Of a DNA stretch of 29,694 nucleotides, positions 17,837-26,266 are shown one piece after another. The notes below the pieces were generated by a model that worked only from the letters and a program-made list of their open reading frames with translations, searched no databases and was not told where the DNA came from. Each line of letters starts with the position of its first letter. Within the stretch, counting starts at the first letter, position 1. The translations under genes and the position numbers were made by a program. This DNA comes from a virus (Duplodnaviria; Caudoviricetes), in the IMG/VR virus record IMGVR_UViG_3300017766_001388, positions 1 through 29,694 of that record, one strand, 5' to 3'.

Positions 17837-18314
17837 AGAGTTTATGAAATGTACAGGGAACGACAACCCCTCATTTGATAATATTGATAAGGAGTATGTA
17901 TTTAAGAAGCTTAATCAACTGACAAACTTCATGGATGAAGAATTTAATGTGGAACTTAAAGAAGATGGTCTACAAGCTGAAGATATTGTTGCTGTTGTAG
18001 ATGCCATAGCAGATATTGAAGTCTTCCATACACAGATGGTGCTATTACTTGAGCGAGCTGGTGTTGATTATAAGGGTGTATGTGATGCTATAGCAGGAAA
18101 CAACTCACTCAAGTACACTACATCTTCAGGTCTAGCTGAACGTTGGTTAAATGAATGGCAATGTGAAGGGAACTTTGATTATTATATCTCTGGTACAGAA
18201 GTAGATGAAGTGATATATTATTCGCTAAAGGATTTGAAAAATGAGAAAGTAAAAAAGTGGAAAGATTTCCCCCAAGTAGATTTAAAAACATACATACCAA
18301 GAGGATTTATTTGA
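17820..18314 (+). CDS. MazG-like / all-alpha NTP pyrophosphohydrolase
   Basis: FMDEEFNVELKE...VVDAIADI...NNSLK; GAGGAGG SD with TTG start. Confidence 0.75.
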   Translation: MKSQIEEFMKCTGNDNPSFDNIDKEYVFKKLNQLTNFMDEEFNVELKEDGLQAEDIVAVVDAIADIEVFHTQMVLLLERAGVDYKGVCDAIAGNNSLKYTTSSGLAERWLNEWQCEGNFDYYISGTEVDEVIYYSLKDLKNEKVKKWKDFPQVDLKTYIPRGFI

Positions 18315-19013
18315 GTGGCTAAAACTTTAGAACTTATAGGGTGTACCTTTGGTCGACTGATAGTGTTGGACTATGCAGAACCTAGATATGGGAAAGGAGG
18401 TCAAAAAGTAGCTAGGTGGAAGTGCTTATGTAATTGTGGGAATACTGAAGAGATTTTGGTCGATAGCGCCAGTCTCAGGTCTGGTAATACAAAGAGTTGT
18501 GGGTGTATCAAAAGAGAGCGTATAACTAAACACGGCCTGAGTAAACACCCACTTTATAAAGTGTGGCATAATATGAAAGAACGTTGTTATAATCCACAAA
18601 GTATAAACTATGGAGGGTATGGTGGTAAGGGGATTACTGTCTGTAGCAGGTGGTTGACATCTTTTGAGAACTTCTATGAGGATGTCTTAGAAGGGTACTC
18701 AAATGGACTAGAATTAGATAGAAAGGAGAATGACGGTAATTATACAATCGACAACGTTCGTTGGGTAACAACTCAACAAAACCAAATGAATAAAGGGAGT
18801 TGGAAAAACAGTACTAGTAAGTATAAAGGAGTGTGTTGGGATAAAAAGACAAAGAAATGGAGGGCTAGCATACAAAAGGATCGTGAAGTTATATATTTAG
18901 GCCAGTTTATTGACGAAAAAGATGCTGCTATAGTTTATAATAAGGCTGCATTGGAATTGTTTGGTGAGTATGCTAACTTAAATATTATCGGTGAAAGAGA
19001 AGCTGTTAAATGA
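18315..19013 (+). CDS. Free-standing HNH/AP2 homing endonuclease
   Basis: FGRLIV, WKCLCNCG, KSCGC, WHNMKERC, YGGKGI, LDRKENDGNY..DNVRW, SKYKGV.W...WRASI...YLGQF (AP2). Confidence 0.9.
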   Translation: MAKTLELIGCTFGRLIVLDYAEPRYGKGGQKVARWKCLCNCGNTEEILVDSASLRSGNTKSCGCIKRERITKHGLSKHPLYKVWHNMKERCYNPQSINYGGYGGKGITVCSRWLTSFENFYEDVLEGYSNGLELDRKENDGNYTIDNVRWVTTQQNQMNKGSWKNSTSKYKGVCWDKKTKKWRASIQKDREVIYLGQFIDEKDAAIVYNKAALELFGEYANLNIIGEREAVK

Positions 19014-19091
19014 GTGATATTGAACTAAAAGAATTGTGGGAAAATTTCTTCAAAGAAGATAAGCCATTTTAAATTTGATGTAAGGAGAGAT

Positions 19092-19748
19092 ATGAGTATT
19101 AATGTAAAAGTAATAGGTGTTACAAAACCGGTAGTAGACTTTATTCCAGACAGTGAAGATATTATCTCTTATGCAGCACGAGTAAGTAATCCAGCAAACC
19201 AAGCCAATTTTGATACAGCAGAAAAACTATTAAGATATTGTATCCGTAATTCACATTGGAGTGTGTTTGAGACGGTAAGTTTAACAATGGAAATTGGGTG
19301 TCCTAGGGATATTGCAAGACAGATTCTACGGCACCGTAGTTTTAGCTTTCAAGAGTTTAGTCAACGCTATGCGGAATCAACAGACTTCGTTAAGCGTGAT
19401 TGTCGTTTACAAGATTTGAAAAATAGACAAGCAAGTGTTGTAGCAACAGACGAAGAAATTATCAAGTGGTGGGACGAAGTACAGGACACAGTACTTGATA
19501 TGGTTGAGTCATATTATAAAGCTGCCCTAGATGCTGGAATAGCAAAAGAAGTAGCTCGTTGTATTCTTCCAGAAGGATTGACAATGAGTAAACTATATAT
19601 GAATGGTACGCTTCGTTCTTGGCTGCACTATGTAGACTTACGAGAGAAGAATGGCACGCAACTAGAACATCAAGAAGTGGCTATTAAATGTAAGGAAGTA
19701 ATTAAGCAATACTTCCCAACTCTGATCAATGCTTTACAGAAGGAATAA
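19092..19748 (+). CDS. thyX: Flavin-dependent thymidylate synthase
   Basis: HWSVFE, RQILRHRSFSFQEFSQRY signature, KEVARCILP, LRSWLHYVDLR. Confidence 0.96.
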   Translation: MSINVKVIGVTKPVVDFIPDSEDIISYAARVSNPANQANFDTAEKLLRYCIRNSHWSVFETVSLTMEIGCPRDIARQILRHRSFSFQEFSQRYAESTDFVKRDCRLQDLKNRQASVVATDEEIIKWWDEVQDTVLDMVESYYKAALDAGIAKEVARCILPEGLTMSKLYMNGTLRSWLHYVDLREKNGTQLEHQEVAIKCKEVIKQYFPTLINALQKE

Positions 19749-19750
19749 AT

Positions 19751-20254
19751 ATGTACAAACAATTTTCGATAGTAGATTTGCAACAAACTTTGTCTTTCAA
19801 AGGTTTGAATATTAATAAAGAAGTATTTAAGGCTCTAGCCTTTGCTTGTCTTAACGTAGAGGAAGCTTTCAAAGCTAATGATAAAGAGGCTGTTGTCTAC
19901 TGGAACAAAGATCGTGAACGACTTGAGTGCAGTTTTGATAGTGAGAAATTAGAATACTTTCTATATTCATTAGGACTTGATACTAAACAACCTTATGCTT
20001 ACAAGAATTGTCTTCATCGAGCATTAACAACAAACATTCCTGTACAAGGAGTTCGTATTGAAGGGTATGCTCGTAGTGATAAAGAATGGCTTAATGATAA
20101 ATATGTGCCTATTGAAGATATTGCTTATGGTATGAAGGATAAGAGTTTTGGTAAGGAATTGAATAATCTTAATCCTCATAGTTACGTGATGAGTGAGGAT
20201 GATAGGGGTACAGGGAGTTTGGATATTGGGTTGGTGGAGGGTGACTGCGTATGA
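19751..20254 (+). CDS. Hypothetical protein
   Basis: 167 aa ORF with AAGGA SD, within the operon. Confidence 0.75.
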   Translation: MYKQFSIVDLQQTLSFKGLNINKEVFKALAFACLNVEEAFKANDKEAVVYWNKDRERLECSFDSEKLEYFLYSLGLDTKQPYAYKNCLHRALTTNIPVQGVRIEGYARSDKEWLNDKYVPIEDIAYGMKDKSFGKELNNLNPHSYVMSEDDRGTGSLDIGLVEGDCV

Positions 20255-20490
20255 CCTCAGTTGTAGTCTATTCAGCCCCTTGGTGTGCTGGTTGTAAAGT
20301 GGTAAAGAAGTTCCTAGATGAATACTGTATTGAATTTGAAGAAATAGATATTACAACTTCAGAAGGTGGACAGAAAGCAAAAGAGTTAGGTATTAAAAGT
20401 ATTCCAGTAACTTATATGTTTAATGGTAGTGTTTTTGTTGGCAGTAAGCCAGAAACACTAAAAGCAATACTGGAGGTTATTAGTGACTAG
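20251..20490 (+). CDS. Glutaredoxin, NrdH-like
   Basis: YSAPWCAGC active site and cis-Pro motif SIPV, directly upstream of the RNR genes. Confidence 0.9.
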   Translation: MTSVVVYSAPWCAGCKVVKKFLDEYCIEFEEIDITTSEGGQKAKELGIKSIPVTYMFNGSVFVGSKPETLKAILEVISD

Positions 20491-21466
20491 GATTACAACA
20501 CCAACAAACAGTTATACAAGACATTACCCCAACATTGTAAACCTAGCACTAAAGCAATTTGAGAAACAGTTCTGGACAGCTAGTGAAATGAAAGTTCATC
20601 TTGACAAGATGCAATTAGTTTATGAACTGACACCAGAACAACTACATGCAGTTAAAACAGTATTAGGTTTGTTTGTTCACTATGAATTGAAAGTGGGGGA
20701 TTTCTGGCAGCAAGTTGCTAAGACATTTCCAAGACCGGAAGTTAAATTAGCTGCTTCTATTATTGATGCTACTGAACGTGCTATTCATAGTGAATTTTAT
20801 AATGAAGTGAATATTCAGCTAGGTTTAGATACAGACGAACACTATTTAGCTTATACGCAAGATCCAATATTGAATGCTCGTGCTGAGTGGCTGGATGATA
20901 CGTTAAGAGGTGAAGACCGAATATTAGGTATTATTATTTTTAGTATGACAGAGACAGCTTTACTATTTAGCTCCTTTGCAATATTAAAAAGCTTCCAATC
21001 TAATGGCTACAATTTGATTCCTGTAATTGCTCGTGGCACCAACCAAAGCGCCATTGATGAGGATTTGCATGGTCAAGTTAGTGCCGAAATTATTAATACT
21101 TATTATAATGAATTGGGAACCACATTAAGGGAAGACTTACCTCGTTACGCTAAAGTATTGGAAGCTGTTGATGCTGCTTATGAACATGAATGTAGAATTA
21201 TTGATATGGCAATTATCGGTGAGTCTTTGAATGGAGTAACTAAAGATCAATACAAACAATATGTGAAGCGGCGATTAAATATATATCTTAATCGTCTGGG
21301 TCTACCAGCCAAGTTTAAAGTTACAGATTGTCCTATTGAGGACTGGTTTGAAAAGAATACTTATGCTTATAAGGTGATTGATTTTTTTACCGCTGGTATG
21401 GGTATGGAATATGAGACAGCATACAACGAACGTGGATTTAGTGCAGCTTGGAGGGAAGGTGAGTAA
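20483..21466 (+). CDS. nrdB: Class I ribonucleotide reductase beta subunit
   Basis: FWTASE, HYE, ERAIHSEFY (radical Tyr), ETALLFSSF, DEDLH, C-terminal DFF...Y. Confidence 0.93.
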   Translation: MTRITTPTNSYTRHYPNIVNLALKQFEKQFWTASEMKVHLDKMQLVYELTPEQLHAVKTVLGLFVHYELKVGDFWQQVAKTFPRPEVKLAASIIDATERAIHSEFYNEVNIQLGLDTDEHYLAYTQDPILNARAEWLDDTLRGEDRILGIIIFSMTETALLFSSFAILKSFQSNGYNLIPVIARGTNQSAIDEDLHGQVSAEIINTYYNELGTTLREDLPRYAKVLEAVDAAYEHECRIIDMAIIGESLNGVTKDQYKQYVKRRLNIYLNRLGLPAKFKVTDCPIEDWFEKNTYAYKVIDFFTAGMGMEYETAYNERGFSAAWREGE

Positions 21467-23192
21467 ATTAGATTACAGTAAACTACGCAAACAATTACAG
21501 AAAGAAGGTGAGGTTCCTGTATGGTACACTACAGCAGGACTACAGCTTTTCTATGAGAAATATTCTTGGCAACAAGAGACTGTGAAGTCACGGATGACTT
21601 CTATTGCTAAAACAATGGCAAGTCATGCACCAAAAGAATATCCAGATTGGTGGGAAGAAGACAGCTATACTCAAGGTAAGAACTGGGAACAAGTATTTTT
21701 TAATACATTATGGGATGGTTTTATTTCTCCTTCTACACCAATGATGGCTAATGCTGGCTTACGTAAACGTGGGACAACAGTAAGCTGCTCTGGTGGAGTA
21801 GTAGGTAATAATCTATTTGATCGCTACGATGCCATTACAGAGGCCGCTGTGTTGACTAAACATAGTCATGGAACAAGTTATGGTATTGACGATTGGCCTG
21901 CTGAGGGAACTGAACTCCCAAGAGGTGGTAGAAGCTTAGGTGTGATGCCTTTGATTCGTGACTTTATTAACTGTATGAATGAGGTTACACAAGGAAGCCG
22001 TAGAGGAAGTTTGGCTTATAGTTTACGACCACAACATGGAGACTTTGATAAAGTTCTTGCTTTTCTTTATGAGGAAACAGAGTCAAATAATGTTGGTTGG
22101 TTAATTGATGATGAATTTAAGAGGCAAATGGATTTAGGTAGTCCTGTTGCTCACGGTAAGTGGGAGAGAATGTGTGGAGTTAAATTACCAAGAGGTAAAG
22201 GTTACTTCACGTTTATATCCAAGTGCCGTAGACATTTAGCTGAAGCATTTAAAAGGGCTGGATTGGAGTTTCATGCAAGCAATTTATGTCAGGAGTGTAT
22301 TTTACCGGCTAGTTGGGAGTATACTTATTCTTGTGTAATCTTGAATTATAATTTAGAGCTTTATGATTCATGGCCTGAGCACCTAATCTTCGTTGGTCAA
22401 ACAATGAGTGATTGCAATGTTTCTGAGTATTTAGAAACTATTGATGAAATGTCTGTGTATGATAAACAAGCTATGCGTAAGATTAGGAAGTTTACAGAGG
22501 ACTTCCGTAGCCTTGGTTCAGGTGTTTTGGGTTGGCATACGTTAATGCAGAAGAAACGTATTGTCATTGGTGATATGGATAGTTTCATTCTCAATGGTGA
22601 GATATTCCATAAGTTAAATGTTGAGAGTAAAGAAGCAACACAGTGGCTTGCTAAAGTGTTAGGTGAACCAAAAGGTTGTATTGGGTTAGGTATTCGTAAT
22701 GCTACACGATTAATGATGCCCCCAACTAAATCTACAGCAGAACTTATGGCTGGAGCTAGTGAAGGTATAGGTCTTGATACAGCAATGGCATTTACTAAAC
22801 AGTCTGCTGGTGGTGAGTTCTTTCGTATTAATAAGATTCTTCTTGAAATCATGAAAGAACGTAAAGTACATAACGATGAGACAGTAATGAGAATTGCTAA
22901 AGCCCGTAGTGTGCAGCAGGAAGATTGGCTTACAGATCATGAGAAGAAAGTATTTCGTACTGCCTTTGAAGTACCTATGGAGTCTTATTTACAATTATGT
23001 TCACAAAGACAGTCTGAAATAGACCAAGGACAATCCATTAATTTATACTTTACCTCCAATGACACAGAGGAGTATATGAGCAAGATACATAAACAAGCTA
23101 TGGATGATGAAAACATATTAGCTTTATACTATATCTACTCTATGCGAGGTGCTGGAGATATTAAACGAGCTGAATGTGAAATGTGTATGTAA
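21459..23192 (+). CDS. nrdA: Class I ribonucleotide reductase alpha subunit, short form without ATP cone
   Basis: SPSTP, VSC, QGSRRG, ASNLCQE, LGSGVLGWH, PPTKST, IDQGQS, LYY, C-terminal CEMC; start GTG 21459. Confidence 0.95.
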   Translation: MSKLDYSKLRKQLQKEGEVPVWYTTAGLQLFYEKYSWQQETVKSRMTSIAKTMASHAPKEYPDWWEEDSYTQGKNWEQVFFNTLWDGFISPSTPMMANAGLRKRGTTVSCSGGVVGNNLFDRYDAITEAAVLTKHSHGTSYGIDDWPAEGTELPRGGRSLGVMPLIRDFINCMNEVTQGSRRGSLAYSLRPQHGDFDKVLAFLYEETESNNVGWLIDDEFKRQMDLGSPVAHGKWERMCGVKLPRGKGYFTFISKCRRHLAEAFKRAGLEFHASNLCQECILPASWEYTYSCVILNYNLELYDSWPEHLIFVGQTMSDCNVSEYLETIDEMSVYDKQAMRKIRKFTEDFRSLGSGVLGWHTLMQKKRIVIGDMDSFILNGEIFHKLNVESKEATQWLAKVLGEPKGCIGLGIRNATRLMMPPTKSTAELMAGASEGIGLDTAMAFTKQSAGGEFFRINKILLEIMKERKVHNDETVMRIAKARSVQQEDWLTDHEKKVFRTAFEVPMESYLQLCSQRQSEIDQGQSINLYFTSNDTEEYMSKIHKQAMDDENILALYYIYSMRGAGDIKRAECEMCM

Positions 23193-23196
23193 AAGC

Positions 23197-23225
23197 TTGA
23201 CAACCAAAACTAACTAACCTAATAT
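23197..23225 (+). promoter_or_regulatory. Sigma70-like promoter
   Basis: TTGACA-N17-TAATAT immediately after nrdA. Confidence 0.7.
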
Positions 23226-23264
23226 ACTCCCATCGGACTAACAATCTGGTGGGAGTTTTCTTTT
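23226..23264 (+). terminator. Rho-independent terminator of the nrd operon
   Basis: ACTCCCATCGGA-CTAACAA-TCTGGTGGGAGT stem (two G-U pairs), followed by TTTCTTTT. Confidence 0.8.
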
Positions 23265-23285
23265 ATGTAGACAGGAGGAATTAAT

Positions 23286-23498
23286 ATGATTTACGTTGAT
23301 TGGTTTTATTTAATATTTATGAGTATACTGTTTGTGGTATCTATTGTTGAAATGTTCAAACACACAAAGGTTGACGGCAATACTTGGATACTTTGGGGAG
23401 CTGCTTGTATTGTCTTCTTAGAAACAATGTGTCACCTAGGTGGTAATATAACTAAACACTATGAAGAACCGTCAGTAGTTAAGGAGGTAAAGGTATGA
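23286..23498 (+). CDS. Small membrane protein with 2 TM helices
   Basis: CAGGAGG SD; two hydrophobic segments. Confidence 0.75.
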   Translation: MIYVDWFYLIFMSILFVVSIVEMFKHTKVDGNTWILWGAACIVFLETMCHLGGNITKHYEEPSVVKEVKV

Positions 23499-23668
23499 AA
23501 TATATGTTATTTGGTTACAACTTAGAAAGACCTGCTGGTGGGTGGGAAGCTTTTAGAGGATTATTCGACTCTGTAGAAGAAGCAGAAGAGTATTACAATG
23601 AGTATGAAGGGAATAACAGAGGTCAAATAGTAAATGCAACTTCTTTGCAAGTGGAGGAAGAACTGTGA
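23495..23668 (+). CDS. Hypothetical 57-aa protein, not in the ORF track
   Basis: AAGGAGG SD; MKYMLFGY...PAGGW..FRGLFDSVEEA...QIVN; overlaps at both ends. Confidence 0.75.
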   Translation: MKYMLFGYNLERPAGGWEAFRGLFDSVEEAEEYYNEYEGNNRGQIVNATSLQVEEEL

Positions 23669-23937
23669 TCTTCCCAATTAACCACTGTGTACCAACAAAG
23701 TATCTAACTAAAGAATCCTATTCGTGGCTATTGACCAAACTCATCTCACAAGGGTATCATCACCCAACTAGACTAGATGATTCACGGTGGTTTGATATGT
23801 GGAAGTTTATTGGGGTTAATAGTAATAAGGATATCATCCTCTACGATTCAAATAAAAGTTATTTAGATATTGACAATGAAGATGAGAATGTTAATAATGT
23901 GTTGTCTGAACAATTTATTAAGGAGTATTTAAAATGA
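23665..23937 (+). CDS. Hypothetical protein, similar to the N-terminal domain of 15356..16354
   Basis: GGAGG SD with GTG start; WKFIGVNS versus WKYYGVNS. Confidence 0.7.
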   Translation: MIFPINHCVPTKYLTKESYSWLLTKLISQGYHHPTRLDDSRWFDMWKFIGVNSNKDIILYDSNKSYLDIDNEDENVNNVLSEQFIKEYLK

Positions 23938-24194
23938 AAGATTTAATTTTTGGTATTATTCTTGGGGCGTTACTTGGGGTCACATTAACACTGGTTTACC
24001 CTAAAAAGGTAGTTTCAGGGGTAACCACTTATCCTTGGGTAGAGTTAGTTTCCAAAGAAGTTTGTGTTAACAATGAAGGTTACACCTCTCTTAAATATAT
24101 TTTTGAAGGTAAGTACATTGTAAAATGCAAGTCAGGTGCAGAGTTCACTTTATCAGAGTCTGAGTTTAGACTCCTTGGAAATAAGTACAAATGA
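23934..24194 (+). CDS. Membrane-anchored protein with Cys pair
   Basis: AAGGAG SD; N-terminal TM helix; CVNNEG...CKSGAEF. Confidence 0.75.
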   Translation: MKDLIFGIILGALLGVTLTLVYPKKVVSGVTTYPWVELVSKEVCVNNEGYTSLKYIFEGKYIVKCKSGAEFTLSESEFRLLGNKYK

Positions 24195-24391
24195 CCACAC
24201 AAGAGAAGTTTAACCTATTCATCACAACCCTTAAAGAAAGATTATCCGTTGAAGGAGAATCATTAATATCTGTCCAGCCCAATAATCGTGAAGGAGGGGC
24301 TTTTGTTAGGATTACAAATAAAGGTTGTATTGATTGTTATTTAGTGTATCATGAGAATGGTGGTATGAATTTTATTAGAGTGTTTAATTAA
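24191..24391 (+). CDS. Hypothetical protein
   Basis: ATGA overlap. Confidence 0.65.
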   Translation: MTTQEKFNLFITTLKERLSVEGESLISVQPNNREGGAFVRITNKGCIDCYLVYHENGGMNFIRVFN

Positions 24392-24406
24392 CTGGGGGAT
24401 TGAAAT

Positions 24407-25594
24407 ATGAAGATTGGCGATAAAGTGATGTTGAAGGAAACTTCTAAGTTTGCTAACTCAGGGAGTGATAATCCTACGGGCGTAGTGGGTGAAATCGTGG
24501 GACAAGGAACTTGGTTACACTGGCAAGTACGTTGGGGGCTGGACTCAATAAACTCTTATAATGAAGAGGATTTAACTTTAGTGGAGGAAACTGTGAAGAA
24601 AGAAATAGATTGGTCTAAGGCACCAGAAGGTGCTACAGATTATAATTCTGCAAATGAGATGTGGTATAAGGAAGATGCAGAAGGGGTTATGAGTTGGTGG
24701 TTCAATACTCGGCAACAATGGGTGACAGGTGGTGAACGTGAAGACTATAATGTAGACGGGAAGAGTCCTTTTATTTCACGACCTAAGGAGGTTAAATCAA
24801 TGATTGGAATTAAGAGTGGAAAAAATTGGAATGAAGCTCCTGATGATGCCACACATGTTGCCGCTCAAGTATGCGGAGAAGCTTATAATTTCTACAAGCG
24901 TGAAAAGGGTCAATGGTTGTTCAATGTTGGAGAAAATTTCTGGATGGAGTCAGTAAATGCAGAAAGTAATTGGTTCAACCCAATATCCAAACAAGATGAC
25001 TTACAACTAGAAACTAAACCTAAATATTCTTCCCTACAAGAGCTTCCTGTTGGGACGTTTGTTAAGCTTAATCATGAAGAGGACAATACTTGTATTTGGA
25101 CTGGCAGAGTTCTTGCACAAATGAACCCTAGTGAAGATGTTGTTGATTGTTGGGATAAAGCTCAAGTTAATAATTATGAAGGTTTCAGATACAAGTTTAA
25201 TTCTGACTTTGATATTATAGCTTACTCAGACAAATACGATGGTGAGTATACCCCTATTGTAAAGGAACAACCCACCCCACAAGTAATTAAAGATGGTTGG
25301 AAGATTAAGCATATTAAATCTCCTAATTACAAATGTGGTCGAGATGTAGCTGTCACTATTTTGTATCGTGAAGTGAAGCCTGAATACTACGAGTATAAAT
25401 ATTCTATTTGTTGTGTTAATGATATGTTCAACCGTAAAGTAGGTATTCAAACAGCTTCGGATAAGACAGATAGTTATTATGTTCTGTCACACAAAGAAAA
25501 TTTGTTTAATACTATTTTAAGTAATATTCAAGATAATAATAATGTTAATGAACAATTTAAATTATTGCGAGTAGAGTACTATTTAAATCATTAA
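24407..25594 (+). CDS. Multidomain hypothetical protein with two 'WSKAPEGATH'-type modules and internal in-frame starts at 24593 and 24800
   Basis: IDWSKAPEGATDY and NWNEAPDDATHV repeats; SH3-like MKIGDKV N-terminus. Confidence 0.78.
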   Translation: MKIGDKVMLKETSKFANSGSDNPTGVVGEIVGQGTWLHWQVRWGLDSINSYNEEDLTLVEETVKKEIDWSKAPEGATDYNSANEMWYKEDAEGVMSWWFNTRQQWVTGGEREDYNVDGKSPFISRPKEVKSMIGIKSGKNWNEAPDDATHVAAQVCGEAYNFYKREKGQWLFNVGENFWMESVNAESNWFNPISKQDDLQLETKPKYSSLQELPVGTFVKLNHEEDNTCIWTGRVLAQMNPSEDVVDCWDKAQVNNYEGFRYKFNSDFDIIAYSDKYDGEYTPIVKEQPTPQVIKDGWKIKHIKSPNYKCGRDVAVTILYREVKPEYYEYKYSICCVNDMFNRKVGIQTASDKTDSYYVLSHKENLFNTILSNIQDNNNVNEQFKLLRVEYYLNH

Positions 25595-25603
25595 TCTTTA
25601 GAT

Positions 25604-25642
25604 AAAAGAAAAGCCACCAAGAGAATTACCTCAAGGTGGCTT
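25604..25642 (-). terminator. Terminator between convergent arms; U-tract on the - strand, possibly bidirectional
   Basis: On the - strand: AAGCCACC-TT-GAG-GTAATT-CTC-TT-GGTGGCTT followed by TTCTTTT. Confidence 0.8.
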
Positions 25643-25667
25643 CATTCGTTATTATTATTTATTCTAA

Positions 25668-26213
25668 TTATTCGTAGTTAAAGCTTAAATGTTTATACAA
25701 CGTAATCTGAGCAGATGGGGCAGGCATCACACCTAAGGCTTGTAAAGCAGCAGAAGGAGATTCAGAGATTAAATCTCCACTATCACTCCCTGTACTGCTC
25801 CTAGCGAACATAGTCCTAAGCTTTAATCCAGTAACTCCATACAACACAGCAAAGTCGAAGAATGTTTGTGTTTCTGTCGAATCATCTAAATGGATGTTAA
25901 TTGAATTTCCTATCTTATTCCAAACAATTCCACCATCTGAACTAGATTCAACCCAGAAGAATAGTTTACTAACTCCAGAAGCTCCAACTCTACCAGCCCT
26001 CAGTCTACTCTTAAAAGCTAACGTCCCTGTTTTTAGGAATGTAAATACACCATTTGCATAGTTTATGATAGCACTATTAGAATTTTTATTAGTTCCATAA
26101 CTAACTACTTTTGGTGTGTCTATTGGACTACCTGATTGAGTTACAAGAGAAGTAAAATCACCCTCAGGTACATACCCAGAAAGAAACCCTTCTTGTAATT
26201 CAATAATAGCCAT
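25668..26213 (-). CDS. Hypothetical beta-rich late protein, possibly C1q/BclA-C-like virion protein; may extend to ATG 26267 across a TAG
   Basis: GVFTFLKTGT-type beta strands; last gene of the late arm. Confidence 0.65.
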   Translation of the reverse strand: MAIIELQEGFLSGYVPEGDFTSLVTQSGSPIDTPKVVSYGTNKNSNSAIINYANGVFTFLKTGTLAFKSRLRAGRVGASGVSKLFFWVESSSDGGIVWNKIGNSINIHLDDSTETQTFFDFAVLYGVTGLKLRTMFARSSTGSDSGDLISESPSAALQALGVMPAPSAQITLYKHLSFNYE

Positions 26214-26266
26214 GTTCTGTAGGTAGTCACATGACTACCTTGTCATTGGTACAGTAGTGGTCGCCA

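Noticed and set aside
21378-21458. N-terminal extension of NrdA given by the ORF track
   Set aside because: It lies inside nrdB; the SD GGAGG and GTG at 21459 give the conventional short overlap.
5054-23192. Group I introns or inteins in polA, thyX, nrdA or nrdB
   Set aside because: All catalytic motifs lie in continuous ORFs of normal length, with no intein termini or non-coding gaps; the helicase is likewise uninterrupted.
1649-25450. Minus-strand ORFs in the left arm (e.g. 1850..2218, 4819..5097, 10761..11216, 22397..22852)
   Set aside because: They are antisense shadows of well-supported + strand genes, without RBS or motifs.
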